A stretch of DNA of 62,320 nucleotides, filler included, from Catajapyx aquilonaris (lineage: Eukaryota): assembly GCA_000934665.2 (NCBI GenBank). It is 4 parts of 4 records of this genome, joined end to end, with 100 filler letters (N's around TTAATTAATTAA, not from the genome) between each part and the next. Parts side by side here need not be neighbours in the genome. Positions count along the whole stretch, not along the records: positions 1 to 15,474 come from JYFJ02007483.1; positions 15,575 to 31,185 come from JYFJ02007484.1; 2 more parts are not named here. One strand, written 5' to 3'. Shown one piece after another: positions 12,101 to 24,838 of the stretch. The translations under genes were made by a program, and so were the position numbers. The notes under the pieces were generated by a model. It searched no databases, was not told the origin of the DNA, and was given only the letters and a program-made list of their open reading frames with translations. Position 1 is the stretch's first letter; every line of letters starts with the position of its first letter.

Positions 12101-14052
12101 CAAAAATTCAAAATGTAAAATGGCAGATCCGATATGGCAAGACAGCATATACGAGAATTAGACAGGTATACAGTATTACTGCATTAGAGTCAAAATTAGT
12201 TTGTGGGGACTTAAGAGGGCACAACACAACACAAACTTCAAATTATCTAGATGAGATAAAAGATACTCATTTTGGTATCTAGATACTCCCAATCACTGAC
12301 ACGATTGCCAGTTACCGCTAAACGACTGTAGACTAGGGCCTCTGACTGCTCGGAGTCAAAATGCATGTCACCACCACAAAGGAATGCATGAGTCACTACC
12401 TACAGGAAAGGGAGCTTAAAACACGTGGCTTTCAGAGGGCTTCGTGCATTCCTTCGCGGCTTATGGAGAATTAACCAGCTGGGGTGGAAATCTCCAAGAA
12501 CGAATCATACCACATGTGTGCCCAACTTGGAAATTCCCCGCTGTTGACAAGAGTTCACAAAATATATTCGACTTATCAAGAAAATCAAGTTAATTATGCT
12601 ATTTCGAGTTATCGGAATTCAATTTGCATTACATATGTGGAGAATCCGCCAAGTCCAAGATTTTCTTCGACTTATCGAGAATTTCAAGTTATCGGGATTT
12701 AACTGTATTAGGTCAAATGGCCTTAGTCTTTTAAGTGAAGCTTTGAATAATGGGCCCAGCTATTGGCCTGAGGTACAGTGCCGGACATTAATTCCATCAT
12801 ACTGTTAGCAACATTTTCCAAAGTGGCAAAAGGGCATATCGAAGTGATATAGTGTGGGCAGTGAGAGTTAGAAAAGGTAGGTCACCCAAGGCCCACCATT
12901 TCATACCCTCATGGCTCGCACTCTATCTCTTTGATTTGCACTTCTGCCACATCGGAAAATGTTGCTAGCAGTATGACGGAATTAATGTCTAGTACTGTAC
13001 CAGGGAGTCAGAAGGCCTTAAGGCTGGAAATTTTTTGCAATTCAGACCTTGAATGAATATTTTAATTCAATACTTGAAGCTAGTATTTTTGACAAGTGCT
13101 AGGTGTAATTGATTGAAACCATTTACTTAATAATGAGCATGCTAATCACAACTGACATTTCAATTGGAACGTACTATACAGTGTGTTCCATTTATTAGGG
13201 TGCTTTTAGTTATTGCAAATATTGACCCAAGTTGTTATTTTTGTGTTGCTTTTTGTGTCCTTATCGAGATGCCCAATTATATAGCACAGAAACTTGTATT
13301 TTCGACCACACCTGGGCACCTTGATCAGGTGCTACACAGAGCTACAAAAAAGTACCGTAATAAATTCTTAGGTTCACATTTGCAATAACTAAAAGAACCT
13401 GAATTATGGGAACATTCTCTATAACATAGAAAAATATCATGCCAATTACCATTTGCATGGGATTTTGGACTATGAGTATTGCATAAGAACAACTGTGGAC
13501 ATATTAGTTTCCCTCCTGGTGAAGTCTATTTTGAGTAGTGGGGAGTGCCCAAAGCACGTGTGCTTTGCAAGGCTGGGGATAGAGTAGAACGTGATAACAG
13601 TCATGTTAACATGTGACCTACTGCAACTTTCATATTATCGTGCAATCCCACCTTGCATTCCATTCCCAACCTTCAAAAGCACATGTGCTCTATTTACACT
13701 CCCACTATTTAGACTCACCTGGAGAGAAGCCATTTCATTCACAGTTCTTGTTACTCATTAGGTGAGACTATAACTACAATACTTTTACAAATATTTTCAA
13801 ATTTTGTGCAATTGATCCTTCAGAGAGATGAAATTGGCTTGACAGTAGTTGTTGAAAATTAACCCTTGAAATAAGTGAAAATGCCAGGAGTGCACCAGGA
13901 TTGTGGCAGCAGAAGGAATGAAAGAATGCAGAGAGCACCCTTATTTTCAGCAGATTCCGCAGTGCCAGCCTACCTCGTAATTTTCACAAGGTGGAGCGCC
14001 ACTTCTCGCTTAGAAGTCCGGCTTGTGTAATGCCCAGTGTTGGCACAACGCG
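6108..14052 (+). CDS. RalGPS: Ras-specific guanine nucleotide-releasing factor RalGPS (RasGEF/CDC25 domain), partial
   Basis: Phase-consistent GT-AG exons ~6108-6351 (start uncertain), 6428-6591, 6657-6799, 7072-7297, 8308-8493 and probably 13954-14052. They translate to FASQLTLLD...ELSSCGWTK...[23 protein letters not shown]...[26 protein letters not shown]...[17 protein letters not shown]...[22 protein letters not shown]...GHRKASSLG, typical of RalGPS1/2. The start codon and PH-domain exons were not identified. Confidence 0.92.
8839..9162. mobile_element. Tc1/mariner-pogo-type MITE
   Basis: TA|CAGTAGGACCCCGATTAT ... ATAATCGGGGTTATACTG|TA. Confidence 0.7.
9745..9799. repeat. Perfect palindrome with 27-bp arms
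   Basis: AAGAATCCAAAGACTGCCATCATTATT-T-AATAATGATGGCAGTCTTTGGATTCTT. Confidence 0.9.
10170..10473 (-). mobile_element. 5'-truncated RLE-type non-LTR retrotransposon remnant (Utopia/NeSL-like C-terminus plus 3' UTR)
   Basis: 10473-10291 encodes [58 protein letters not shown], resembling the end of the restriction-like endonuclease domain of NeSL/Utopia elements. AATAAA lies downstream near 10175. The 3' boundary is approximate. Confidence 0.75.
10799..11027. mobile_element. MITE
   Basis: Inverted ends GCTGTGGAGTCAAAACC.CGTAACTCG / CGAGTTACG.GGTTTTGACTCCACAGC. Confidence 0.65.
12776..12997. mobile_element. Tc1/mariner-type MITE
   Basis: TA|CAGT...ACATTAATTCC.TCATACTG.TAGCAACATTTTCC with its reverse complement ending ACTG|TA. 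Confidence 0.7.
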
Positions 14053-15380
14053 GTGAGTGAGTTCAAGCAGGTGTTTATGCTAGGTGGATGGATTGGGGGT
14101 GTGGATGGTCTGCATGGTGCAATTGCTATTAATGGAACCTATGATTTCTTATATACGGTACCAGATATTCTATGTCCAGTGCACAGCTATGAATTGTTTG
14201 CATGATATGCAATGTGCTATGTAGAAGTATCAAAATTTAGAGAGCTGATCAGGGGATACTCAGAGAAATTTAAATAGGTTTGGTGGTACTGCAGCATTAG
14301 TTTAACAAGTCAAGGCATTGTTCTCAGGATGCGTTGCATGAAATTATGGAAATCAGGTGATGATGGTGTGTGAGATATAATCAGACATAATATCCTGCAA
14401 TTCCCTTTCATGTCCAAAAGTGTTCTTACTTTAGTTTTTATTTTAAATTTGTTGTTTGTGGATTATTTCTGTTCATTGTAGATGGGTTAGTTATGGAAAT
14501 GACACATTTTTTTCCCTTCATCATGCACTTCAAATTGCAACTGACATGGCCCATGCACAAGTTGAACTGATTACGTAAACATTCTACCATAATACTGTGC
14601 AAATAGCAGCATGTCAAAATAAGCGATGACCAGATTAGGGAAAATGCACATCTGGTGGCTAAAGAGCATGCTCATATAAAGCAGAACTTTGTCTACATTT
14701 TGCATGGGAAAAATACGTCACGTGAAAACTAAAATTTCTTTCCATAAGGGAACAATATAATCCCATCCCCTGCAACTGTCACTCAATTGTCCCTTTTTGA
14801 GGGCTTTTATGCTCTCCTAACTCTCTTACCAACTTTTGTGATAAATGTGCCCTTTCTTACACTCGGAGAACGTCTTAATCAATGTTAAATATCATTAGAG
14901 TTCACACTTAAGTTTCATTTCCAACCTAAACTTCATTTTGCCCCTCCTCACAAGGTGTTTGTAGATATTCAGTAGTGATTAAAATTTAAAGGTTGTAATC
15001 ATTTTCAAGGGAAGGAGAAAAATCACAAAATTACCCCTCTTAATACCGGCCAGGCATTTCCCCCTGGGTATACCGGCCCCCTGGTCGATCTCGTTTTATA
15101 CCAGCATGTTGCTCTTGCCACAGTAACATGACAGTATCAGTATTATTAGTTTTCCTCAGATACATTATTCTCATGTCAGAAAAGCAGAAGTGGTACATGG
15201 GCCAAACGCATGTGATAAATAGGGGAGAGTACCATGCTATTGTTAGGTATTCAAATAAATTGTGGACACTGCGCAATACTGTGCAGGGTTCTGGCAATAG
15301 TATGTAAAGCAAAGGGTTCCACAACAAGAAAAATGATCAGGGCTGCTGCAACATTATATGGGAAATAAGCTTACGTTACA

Positions 15381-15779
15381 TACTTGCCCTGATCTGAAAA
15401 TATTGGGACACCCCCAAAAAATGGAGTGGTGGGGTTATACACAGGATGTGATAAAAAGTTTCCATTAAGATTATNNNNNNNNNNNNNNNNNNNNNNNNNN
15501 NNNNNNNNNNNNNNNNNNTTAATTAATTAANNNNNNNNNNNNNNNNNNNNNNNNNNNNNNNNNNNNNNNNNNNNGTCCAAGGTATAATCGTATTTATTTC
15601 AGTTGTTAACTGTCAAATGAACTTCAAATTTGGTATCCTCCTAGCTCAATTGTTACTATTCATAATTATCCGTTCTAAAGTCCAGATAATCTTAATGGAA
15701 ACTTTTTATCACATCCTGTGCATAACCCCACCACTCCATTTTTTGGAGGTGTCCCAATATTTTCAGATCAGAGCAAGTA
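15381..15779. mobile_element. Inverted-repeat element spanning the first assembly gap
   Basis: 15381-15474 is the reverse complement of ~15686-15779. Confidence 0.7.
15475..15574. other. Assembly gap with artificial TTAATTAATTAA linker
   Basis: N-run, all-frame stop linker, N-run. Confidence 0.97.
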
Positions 15780-16309
15780 CAACAGAGAAAACACGAAATA
15801 CTTCCTAGAAAACCATTCACATTTTTTAAAAAAATTTTGTTCAAAAACGACGACTGTTAACTTATTGAGTGATTGTATGGTTTAAAATACGCATTTTTCC
15901 ACAAATGCAAACCATGCTAATCACAAGTAAGAAGTGACTTTTCTTTCAATAAGAAGCGCTGCGAATATAAAAGGATCCCTTCCATCAGGATTGATTTGGC
16001 TGCCGCCACACTAATTTGTATTTGAAGTTGTTACTTAATAATAGATAAAAAGTGAAAGACAGTTTTTAAAAATTTCTCCCCTGAGTAGGGAAAACCTGGG
16101 ATCAAAAGTTGAAAATTTGTAATTATTTTGCACTTTAAATGGCCTTAGCACTATAGGTTTCCATAATAATTGTATTTCAGTGTTCCCCACAATGGCAGAT
16201 TCTGGCAAATTTTTTTATTATCTTAAATTACATATTTTAAATTATTTCTATTATCCCGTGATAACCCGATTAGGGGGGTGGATTACCACCATTTTAGAAT
16301 AATTTTTCC

Positions 16310-16586
16310 ATTTTTCTTCAGTCACCATGCAAGGAATTCGGGAAATGGGGTATGGATAGGGATTGTTGGGGAGGGGACACTTGTGCAGGTGCAATGTCTT
16401 AACCTTTGGGCCATGTGCAGTCCCCCAGGAGGTTAGGTTGCCAGACACCTCCTTGGTGCAGGTCAGACCTCCCGACGCTCTCAGACCTCCCGACGCAGGT
16501 GAAAGGGAAATCCCAGGCGGGTATCGAACCTGGGACCTTTCACTCTCAGCAAGCCGAGACGTTACCATCTCGGCCACCACACCTAC
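16310..16586 (-). mobile_element. tRNA-derived SINE
   Basis: Minus-strand head GTGGTGGCCGAGATGG (A box) ... CCAGGTTCGATACC (B box) followed by a non-tRNA body. Tail boundary approximate. Confidence 0.65.
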
Positions 16587-18608
16587 CCTTAAATTACCAT
16601 TCAAAAAATTAACCGTGTTGGACAATCATTGGCAACACCTAAAATAGGGTGTTACGAGGTGGAATCCTGCAGAGGCGCATTTAAGATTATATTGTTCTGG
16701 AAGGTTTCTACTGTTGGATCTGTTGTGGCCATTTAAAATGCCAACAAATAATTGAAAATTCACAATTCTCGAGTTCATAATTGGAGTACTCAGAAAACAG
16801 ACTTTTAAAACTGAGTTTTACATTTTAGCATAATATTATTAGGAACAACTTCCAATAAAAATTTTTGTGGACCACTGCAAAATCAATCCTGGAAGACATC
16901 ATTTTAAATAGTAAGGGAACGAGCATGGTAAGCATTACCTTTCCACAAGATTCACGTGAAATAAAATTCATTGTACTGTACCAGCAAGCCCTGCATTACT
17001 AACTTACCCGTCCGACCTGAAAATTCAGCATTTGCACTTTGGTGGTGTTTTTAATAAAGATGCGAGGCGCAAACGACCTTATCGGACCTTATCTGCTCTG
17101 TTTTGATAGTAAGGCAGTGTATCTGACGTTAACTGTTTTTAACAACATTTTTTCGAGATATTACTGCTTGATTAATCCCAAGAGTCGCCTAATTATAGGA
17201 ATAGAAAAAAATTCGGATGATATTCCCTCTGAAGTTTGTCTCAACACATTGTGCTTGGCCGGGGTTTTCCGGAGATTAATGAGTTTTACCTGGGAGAAGC
17301 CCATGAAACTCTGACCAAACCTTCAGAAACTTCAAGAAACTCCTCAAACACCCAAACTCCGTGTACTCTTTGTTAAGGAAGTGCGCAACATCTCGCCACC
17401 CCTACTCTAGAGGTGCAAAAGATGCGTACTTCGTCTCTGATCCTTGGAGCATTCTAAGGCGATATGTTTCTGGTTAGTTGTATCTACTTCGGCTCCATCC
17501 TGACTGAGATCATCAAGGAGCACTGTTACATCTGTGATGTTTTGAATGCTTAGGTGGGAAGGAAACAGCGGCTAGTGTTCAGGTAGGTCAAGTGACAGCC
17601 ATGTCCTCATCCTCCCACAGCTATGGCATGGGGACTGTATCGACGAACCCTTCATATACAGGGTGTTTCAGAGTCACGGGTCAAGCGCGCGCGAGGGGGT
17701 GGGGGGAAAATCGTAGGTGGCGACAACCCCGGTCGGCTTTATAAAACCTGCTATACCGGGAGGGTACTGTACACACTACTGTACTGTAGTACACTACTTT
17801 GTACAGTACCCTGCCGGTATAGCATTCGAACAGAAAGGATATGACGTCACGCCGCAATAAAATAATTGATTACCGCGTATTTCTGATTGTTTTATAAAAC
17901 CGACCGGGGTTGTCGCACCTACGATTTTTCCCACCCCCTCGCTAAACGATCGATACTATAGCAATGCCAATCTAGGTAGTATAGTATTTCGATATCTATG
18001 ATTGTTAGCGTCGAATTAACATTTAAGTAACTAGGCAATGCAAGTTGTAAACAGTCTTGGTTCGCTCTTCGACCTAGATGGGAGCGTTTCTACAAGCTCC
18101 ATAAAGTCCTTTTTTTACCACTCAAAGAATCAAAAACCAACCTTTGTACAGGTAAGCCACGATCACCCAGAGGGTAAAAGTCTATTTTCTGAGTATTGCA
18201 ATTCTGAACTCGAGAATTATTAAGAATTTTCAATTATTTGTTGACATTTTAAATGGCCACAATATATGTCAGGCATTCCACGTCAAGCGGGCCACCTTTC
18301 CGACAATTCTTTGAGGACCTTGACCAAAATTTAGTGACATGTACCAGGGTCCCCTACATGGTTGCCTCCCCCACCCTAACCAGGGTATTGTCTTCACGTA
18401 GTCCTTATGCAATCTAGCTCCAATATGGCCGCCCCATGCTGCAGGATAGGGAATTGGCACGCGATTCGTTTTTGTTTTTTTCTGTTTTTTTTCACTGCAT
18501 GTAGCTCCTATGTGAATTAGCTCCAATATGGCGGAGAGACAATACCCTGTCTAGGTGGGGGAGGCACTCATGTAGGTGACCCTGACATGTACTACTCATC
18601 GACTTATA

Positions 18609-19032
18609 CCGGGTGTATCTGAACTCAGTGCCCCGAGGTATATGACTGCCTTCCTAGCCACCAGAGGATCGATTTAAGTATAGGAATCATTATGTTTGAC
18701 CGCCGCATTACGGAGATACACTCTTGAGCGATTTTTGCCTAATCGCTCCTTCTGACTTTTAAATAGAATTTTCTGGTGTAACTAGCCAAAGAGGCCTTAC
18801 CACCTGTGGGCAACAAACCAACAAAGTCCCGCCCCCAGACCTTCCAGAGCCTTCTGACTGGGGGAGGGTTCGATGGGTGGCCTAACCGACAGGATATTTT
18901 GTACTACATGTTTGCGGCCAATTATCTCCGTAATGCGGCGGCCATACATAATGACTCCTATACTTAAATCAATCCTCTGGTGGCTAGGAAGGCAGTCATA
19001 TACGTCCGGGCACTGAATTCAGATACACCCTG
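18609..19032. mobile_element. Tc1/mariner-type MITE (nested)
   Basis: TA|C.GGGTGTATCTGAA.TCAGTGCCC with ~110 bp imperfect TIRs ending GATACACCCTG|TA. The host sequence resumes on both sides. Confidence 0.8.
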
Positions 19033-19426
19033 TATTATGCAGGAAGCCATATTATTATACCTCTGCGTTGCGTGGTTGCGTAACTACAGGGTGGGCACTT
19101 GCTATTTTTGACTTATTTTACGCTGTCAGGGCTTTGAATGGAGGCCCGTAACTTCTGAACCCCTAAAGTGATTCCAAAAGTGATTAGTGATTTGGACAGG
19201 TTTGGAAACGCTCTTTAATACTATCACATCAAGAATTTTGAACAAAATGAAAATTTCGATTTCAAAATGGCGACCAAATTTTGATTTTGATTTCGCTCAA
19301 ATTTGGACTTTTTTGATATTTTTAAATGTCTCTTAAAATGAAGCTTGAACGCTATACTACTGATATTTTCGAAAAACTCTAGAGGAGCCTATTTTGATTT
19401 TTACCCGCTACAAGCTGCGATAGGAN

Positions 19427-20032
19427 CCTACCTGGGCTCAGCGGGCGCGTCCGAATGCGCATCACCTACTCTCTCTCGCCGTGACGTCACAGGTGGGTGT
19501 TGGACGCGCTCTAGGACACGCCGGAAGGCCGGGTGCTGGAATATTAGTTTTTACTGCTTGATGTGGGCAGGGGGTAGGGGTACGATGTACTAACCCAACC
19601 TAACCATACCTAACCTTCACTCGTTGCGGATGCAGCCCTATCTTCACGAATGCGAATATTAATATTCACTGCTTGATGTGATGTGGGCAGGGGGTAGGGG
19701 TACGACGGGGTCCGATGTACTAACCCAACCTAACCATACCTAACCTTCACTCGTTGCGGATACAGCCCTATATCTTCACGTAAAAAAAGACGACGAAAAA
19801 AAGAGGGGGAAAAAAGGGGGGGAAAAAAAGAAGCCTAACGGGGACTCGAACCTGCAGCCTTCTGATCTATAGGCCAGTGCGCTTACCAATACACCACAGC
19901 AACTATCGCTGGGATTGCTTCTTCCGATGGGGATTCTTATGCGCACCTAGAGCGCGTCCAACACCCACATGTGACGTCACGGCGGGAGAGCGGTGATGCG
20001 CATTCGGACGTGCCCGCTGAGCCCAGGTAGGG
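19427..20032. mobile_element. MITE with ~88 bp TIRs (CCCTAC... / ...GTAGGG|TTAA) containing a tRNA-like segment and an internal direct repeat
   Basis: 19427-19515 is the reverse complement of 19946-20032. Direct repeats at ~19555-19650 and ~19680-19780. tRNA-like sequence at 19833-19903 (-). Confidence 0.75.
19833..19903 (-). pseudogene. tRNA-like sequence (pseudo-tRNA or SINE head)
   Basis: GTTGCTGTGGTGTATTGGTAAGCGCACTGGCCTATAGATCAGAAGGCTGCAGGTTCGAGTCCCCGTTAGGC followed by oligo-T. A and B boxes are present, but the acceptor and T stems pair poorly. Confidence 0.6.
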
Positions 20033-20346
20033 TTAACGAATACGCCCCCCCCGCCCCCTCTCTTATTCCCTCCCGGCCGGAGACCCATTAATTGCGCTGC
20101 GCTGGCGCGGTTCATCTCTGCTGCAGCTGGCTCACTGGATCTCACTTTCTTATTTACCCAACTGTAGGAAGTAAGTGTGATAGACACAATATAGACACTG
20201 CCCTTCCCTGCTTACTCTACGAGTAGAATCATCAGCAATCAAAGTTTTGGGCGCCATCTTTGACTTTAAATTTTCGGATTTTTCAATTTTGGGTAAGACC
20301 ATCTCCTGGAGCATGAAAATACATTTCCCATACGCATATCAAATAT

Positions 20347-21001
20347 GGACCTTTTAGCCGTGACGTATTTGTTGACATTTATTCGCGGCGGCCATGTTGT
20401 TGGTTGGCCAGAACCAGCAATGGCGGCATGCTGTGCTGCTTATTTCTGCAACAATATCACGAGTAAATAAGCCACACCGGCCTATTTTTCGGTTCCAGTG
20501 ATGTGGAGGGGAGGGCCAGATTGTTGGCCGCGGTCAGGAGAGTGGAGAAGGTCGAGAAAAGTTGGTAACCCACCAAACATCGGCGGATTTGCGGAGCTCA
20601 CACTTTGCACAAAGTAACCATTTCCCGTGTTTATTTCCCTGCTGGAAGTAGCAGTGTGACTAATTAACCATGGCAAACCTAACAAACTGTCACAAACACT
20701 GTCAACTACACGAGCTGGAGCGAGCATTTACGCACGAGAGTATCGTATCGCGTATCGTATCGCTTCGCCTCTTTACCTCTCCCGTAGTAAGACTTTTCGC
20801 GTAGTGCGGCAGTGGTTCCAAAGGGCGGGCCATGTCGGGGAGCCCCGTAGGTAGGCCACGGGCCAACCACGGGCCACAGCAGACGCTCACAAATCCCGGC
20901 AGACCTCAAAAACCCTGCCAACAACCCAGGCAGGATAGGGGTTTTAGCCAGCCAACAAGATGGCCGCCTTTGTTGTCATGACATATAGCGTTAAAAGGTC
21001 C
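20347..21001. mobile_element. MITE with AT target duplication (ISL2EU-like), nested
   Basis: AT|GGACCTTTTA ... TAAAAGGTCC|AT. The empty site CAAATATAAGATTTGAC is visible in the paralogous host copy at 171-187. Confidence 0.75.
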
Positions 21002-21856
21002 ATAAGATTTGACGTGAGCTTCTCCGAGTTATGGTCCTCCAAATGAGGTGACTATAATATTATTACGGGAGGCGTTTGGAACCAAAAAAACTTATTGTCG
21101 GCAAATATCGAAAAAGGGTTCTCCAAATTTTTCGGAAATGTGAAGTAAACATTGCCCTTGTCATTTTAAGTGTCATTCAAAAGAAGTGGTAGGGGGCCAT
21201 TGATAATAAGCAATGTCAAAATCAAAGTTTCTGGCGCCATATTTGACTTTACATTTTTGGATTTCTTAAAAATGAACATGACCTTCTCATAGAGCGTAAA
21301 TATACCCTTCGAATGCACATATCAAATGTTAGATTTCACTTGAGCTTCTAGGAGATATGGCCATCTACAGTAAGTGACAGCGAACGTAGCAAAAATGTCC
21401 AAAAACTGGCACATGTGACACCCTGTAGTTATGCAACCACGGAACGCAGAGGTATAATAATTTTGAATCCTGCACAGGTCGATGAGTAGTACATGTCACT
21501 AAATTTTTGTCAAAGTCCTCAAGGATTTGTCGGAAGGTTGGTGTTCCGCTTGACGTGGAATGCATCGGTTATAACAGACTGATTTCCTCGGTCTCTTGAA
21601 GTCTGTTATAACCAGAATCTACTGTATGTTATTGGAGTAGTGAAAACATGATGGGCTTGAAAGATCATAATTTGCAAATTTTTTGCATTTGGCATGGCCA
21701 CCGAAATTTAAAACGAGCCAGTGCATGATCCCACATTATAGAGAATATAGACTGTAATAATAATGATGATCATGATGATGATGATACTGATAATAGTATT
21801 GTCACATATATTTCAAAGAGATTAATTTAAATAACTGTTACCAGTACTTTAATATT

Positions 21857-22157
21857 GCCGGCGCTGCGCTGGTGGTCTGGTGGTTATCGCGCTCGCCTCT
21901 AGTCCCAAAGTTGTGGGTTCCCCCCGGCAGAGGTTGACCCGGCAGAGGTCGGTGACTTTTCTCCGGGTGGTATAAAAGTGAGAGTGCGCCTTCCTTCGGA
22001 GGGGAAGTAAAGCTGTCGGTCCCGTGTGTCTGTGACATTGCGCGAGTGCACGTTAAAGATCCCCAGAGTGGCCAAATTTCTAGGAGGAGGACCACCCCCT
22101 GGTGTCGGTGTTGAGCCTTAGCAGCAGAAATAAGCCGACCTTAAGCCTCCACTAAAA
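21857..22157 (+). mobile_element. tRNA-derived SINE with 12-bp TSD
   Basis: Head GCTGGTGGTCTGGTGG...GTGGGTTC. TSD TACTTTAATATT at 21845-21856 and 22158-22169. Confidence 0.8.
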
Positions 22158-22629
22158 TACTTTAATATTTAATATTCAAGGCGGCAATCACATGATTCGT
22201 CATTGAAATGAACTACAATGTCCGGCAAGGAGGCCTGTATACATTTATTTATTTATTTATTATTATGGCAGATTCCGAGTGCCTTCTTTGGCCATTTTAA
22301 ATGTTAAAAATTGCAAACCATATGTGTGGGCATGGAGAGGGTACGTTGAATTACGCTGATGTACATGCTGCAATGCTTTAGAAATTCGTGATTTGTTTCA
22401 TGTCATACAAAACCGGCCATTTTTCTTAGATAACATTTCAAAAATCCGTCCGTCTGATATAATATGGCATGCCCAACGCTCAACCAAGGTCAACACACGA
22501 CCCGACGATGATTTCCGCAGCACTAGCACTAGAACAGGCCCACAGCACCAGTGAACAGCATCCTTCCCCTATGCTTTCCCATGTTTTCCCGTGCCTTCTT
22601 GCCACAAGTGTCATGGCGCCCTTGTGGCA

Positions 22630-23220
22630 CGATCGATACTATAGCAATGCCAATCTAGGTAGTAAGTTATAGCAAGAGCTCTTGGTTATAGTATTCCGAT
22701 ATCTATGATTGTGTAGGGAGGTGAAGTGGCGCAGCGGTAACGCTCGCGCCCACGGATATTAAGGTCCCGGGTTCGATCCCCACCCGGGGTTCCCACCTTT
22801 ATCCGTGCAGAGTTGGGCCATCTCTGGCTTCATTTCGGGTGGCAATTTCCGACAGACTAAGCCACCCGGGGGAGTTCAAAAAATGACGATTAGAGACATT
22901 GCACTTGCACTTTGCACATCCCCTCCTACCTACCCTGGAGAAATTAAATAAGATCTTCTTATATGGCTCCAATTTGCGATGGTGGTAATCCACCCCCCTA
23001 AAGGATATGGTAAATCCCAATGGGGTAATGCAAAAATAAAAAAATCTATGATTGTTACCGTCGATATAACAAGTAACTAGGCAATGCAAGTTTTAAACAG
23101 TCTTGGTCCGCTGTTAGACCGAGAAGGGAGCGTGTCTACAAGCTCCAAAAAGACTGACGTTTTACCACTGCAAGGCTCAAAAACAAATCCTTCTACAGGT
23201 AGGCCACGATCACCCAGAGG
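22630..23220 (+). repeat. Dispersed repeat; uninterrupted copy at ~17948-18173
   Basis: CGATCGATACTATAGCAATGCCAATCTAGGTAGTA...CCACGATCACCCAGAGG is shared by both loci. This copy is split by the SINE at 22713-23043. Confidence 0.75.
22713..23043 (+). mobile_element. tRNA-derived SINE with 12-bp TSD and A-rich tail
   Basis: A box GTGGCGCAGCGG, B box GGTTCGATCCC. TSD ATCTATGATTGT at 22701-22712 and 23044-23055. Confidence 0.85.
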
Positions 23221-23344
23221 GACGCTCACCTCCGGGAAAGTCAACGCCGGAGTTTCAAGTCACCTTTTATGTTTAAGTAGGTAGAGTACTAGCCATTTTC
23301 CTTGCAAGCAGGTGAACCATTTTGCATGCAAGTTTTAGAGTATA

Positions 23345-23850
23345 GGGTCATTCCCACGTGCCACAAGGAGCATGATCCTTACCCCCGAAAATCGCGATTG
23401 GGGTGTTCCCACATGCCCTTCCTCCACCCGAACGCGTTTACGAAGGTGACTGTGGCAACCAGCTTGAGGAATTGACTGCCAGCTTTCGAGTCGCGATCCT
23501 GACGTCACTCCCCCCTCCGGACCGGGCAACATGGCGGCTCCCTACTAGGCCCCGTCTGCCCACGTGTCTGCCCCCTCGCTCTGCGGGCAGCCAGGACCTG
23601 TGTAATAAAGTAGATAGCATGCCTCCATGCTATTACAGCCAGGCCTATCGTAGAGTCACCCGTGCCTTTGTCCGGGAGCCGAAGCGAGAGACATTTTTTC
23701 GCCAGGCGGGTGGGCGTGGTTACAGACCACTCCACCGAAAATCACGAAAAGTACGTGGCCCGTGGAAACAGTCAACTATATAACGATCCTGATTGTGCAC
23801 CTCAGAAACGTGGTTCAAGATCGAGATTTTGTGGCACATGGGAATGACCC
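23345..23850. mobile_element. PIF/Harbinger-like MITE
   Basis: GGGTCATTCCCA.GTGCCACAA ... TTGTGGCAC.TGGGAATGACCC with AT-rich 3-bp flanks. Confidence 0.7.
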
Positions 23851-24775
23851 TTATATTCCCTAGGGCCTAGGCCTTTGGCTTGTCACCTCGGTGTAGGCTA
23901 CATGGTGTTTCACTATAGGTAGTCCCCCCGAAGAACCAGCGGTACTTTTCCGTTTGCTGAGAGCCACTATGCATATTTTCTGTAACGTATCTACCCTTTA
24001 TTGTTACTCTATGGAAATTCAGTCATTGTTGACACTGTTTACTCCATAAAAATGTGAAAGGTGGTATTGTTGACTATAACAAAGAGGCCTTGTTCCAAAA
24101 TATATCCATATAGTGGCTCTCAGCAAACGGGAAAGTACCGAACCAACTATATTTTTCATTCAAATCTATCCGGAAACATGATGTTTGTGTACAACTTACC
24201 TAGGTTCATGGCAATGTAGCACCATTCACAATGAGATAATGCCGTAACTGCCCTTCACCGACATCCAGACACACCCGAACATGAAGCTCCAAATCATCAA
24301 AGGTCCTCCGCAACATACCCTCACCAATAGTAGGATTTCTGTTATGAGTCTGGTACCAAAACCGTGGCAGATGACCTCCTTTAGAGGAAAACTAGGTATT
24401 CTGTTTCCACCTGCCAAAGATCCGCCAATGAGGGTATTATTTTGAATCCTCGTGCTTACAAAAATAAGCCTCAACATCAGAAGACTTGTAAAGCACTATC
24501 AGTACAGCAATTGAACGAGAATATTCTGGGAGGACTTTCGATAATATGGAACGTCGCGTTAGAGTGTGTCTATAGATGTCGGTAAGTGGAATACAATAAT
24601 TCCAGCACTAATTGTAAATTGTGCTACATTCCCATGTAGGCCTACTAAGGTCAGTCGTAAACCAAACGTAATATTTCTAGGTAGAGTGGTAAGAAATTTG
24701 TATGGTATGGTAGTTAGTGCTTTGGGCGGGACTATACTTAATAATGTATAATACAGGGAGGATCAAATGAAAGAG

Positions 24776-24779
<4 letters not shown>

Positions 24780-24838
<59 letters not shown>

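Larger units (their letters stand above)
18271..21563. mobile_element. Long-TIR DNA transposon of the 1-725 family, carrying three nested insertions
   Basis: Left end AGGCATTCCACGTCAAGCGG and right end CCGCTTGACGTGGAATGC. Arms match 60-725 directly (right arm) and in reverse complement (left arm). Confidence 0.7.

Noticed and set aside
15519..15530. TTAATTAATTAA motif repeated three times in the window
   Set aside because: Artificial scaffolding linker inside N-runs, not biological.
19833..19903. Functional tRNA gene (also the SINE heads at ~16520-16586, 21860, 22720, 25020 and 29945)
   Set aside because: Cloverleaf stems are incomplete, and most heads continue into SINE bodies with TSDs.
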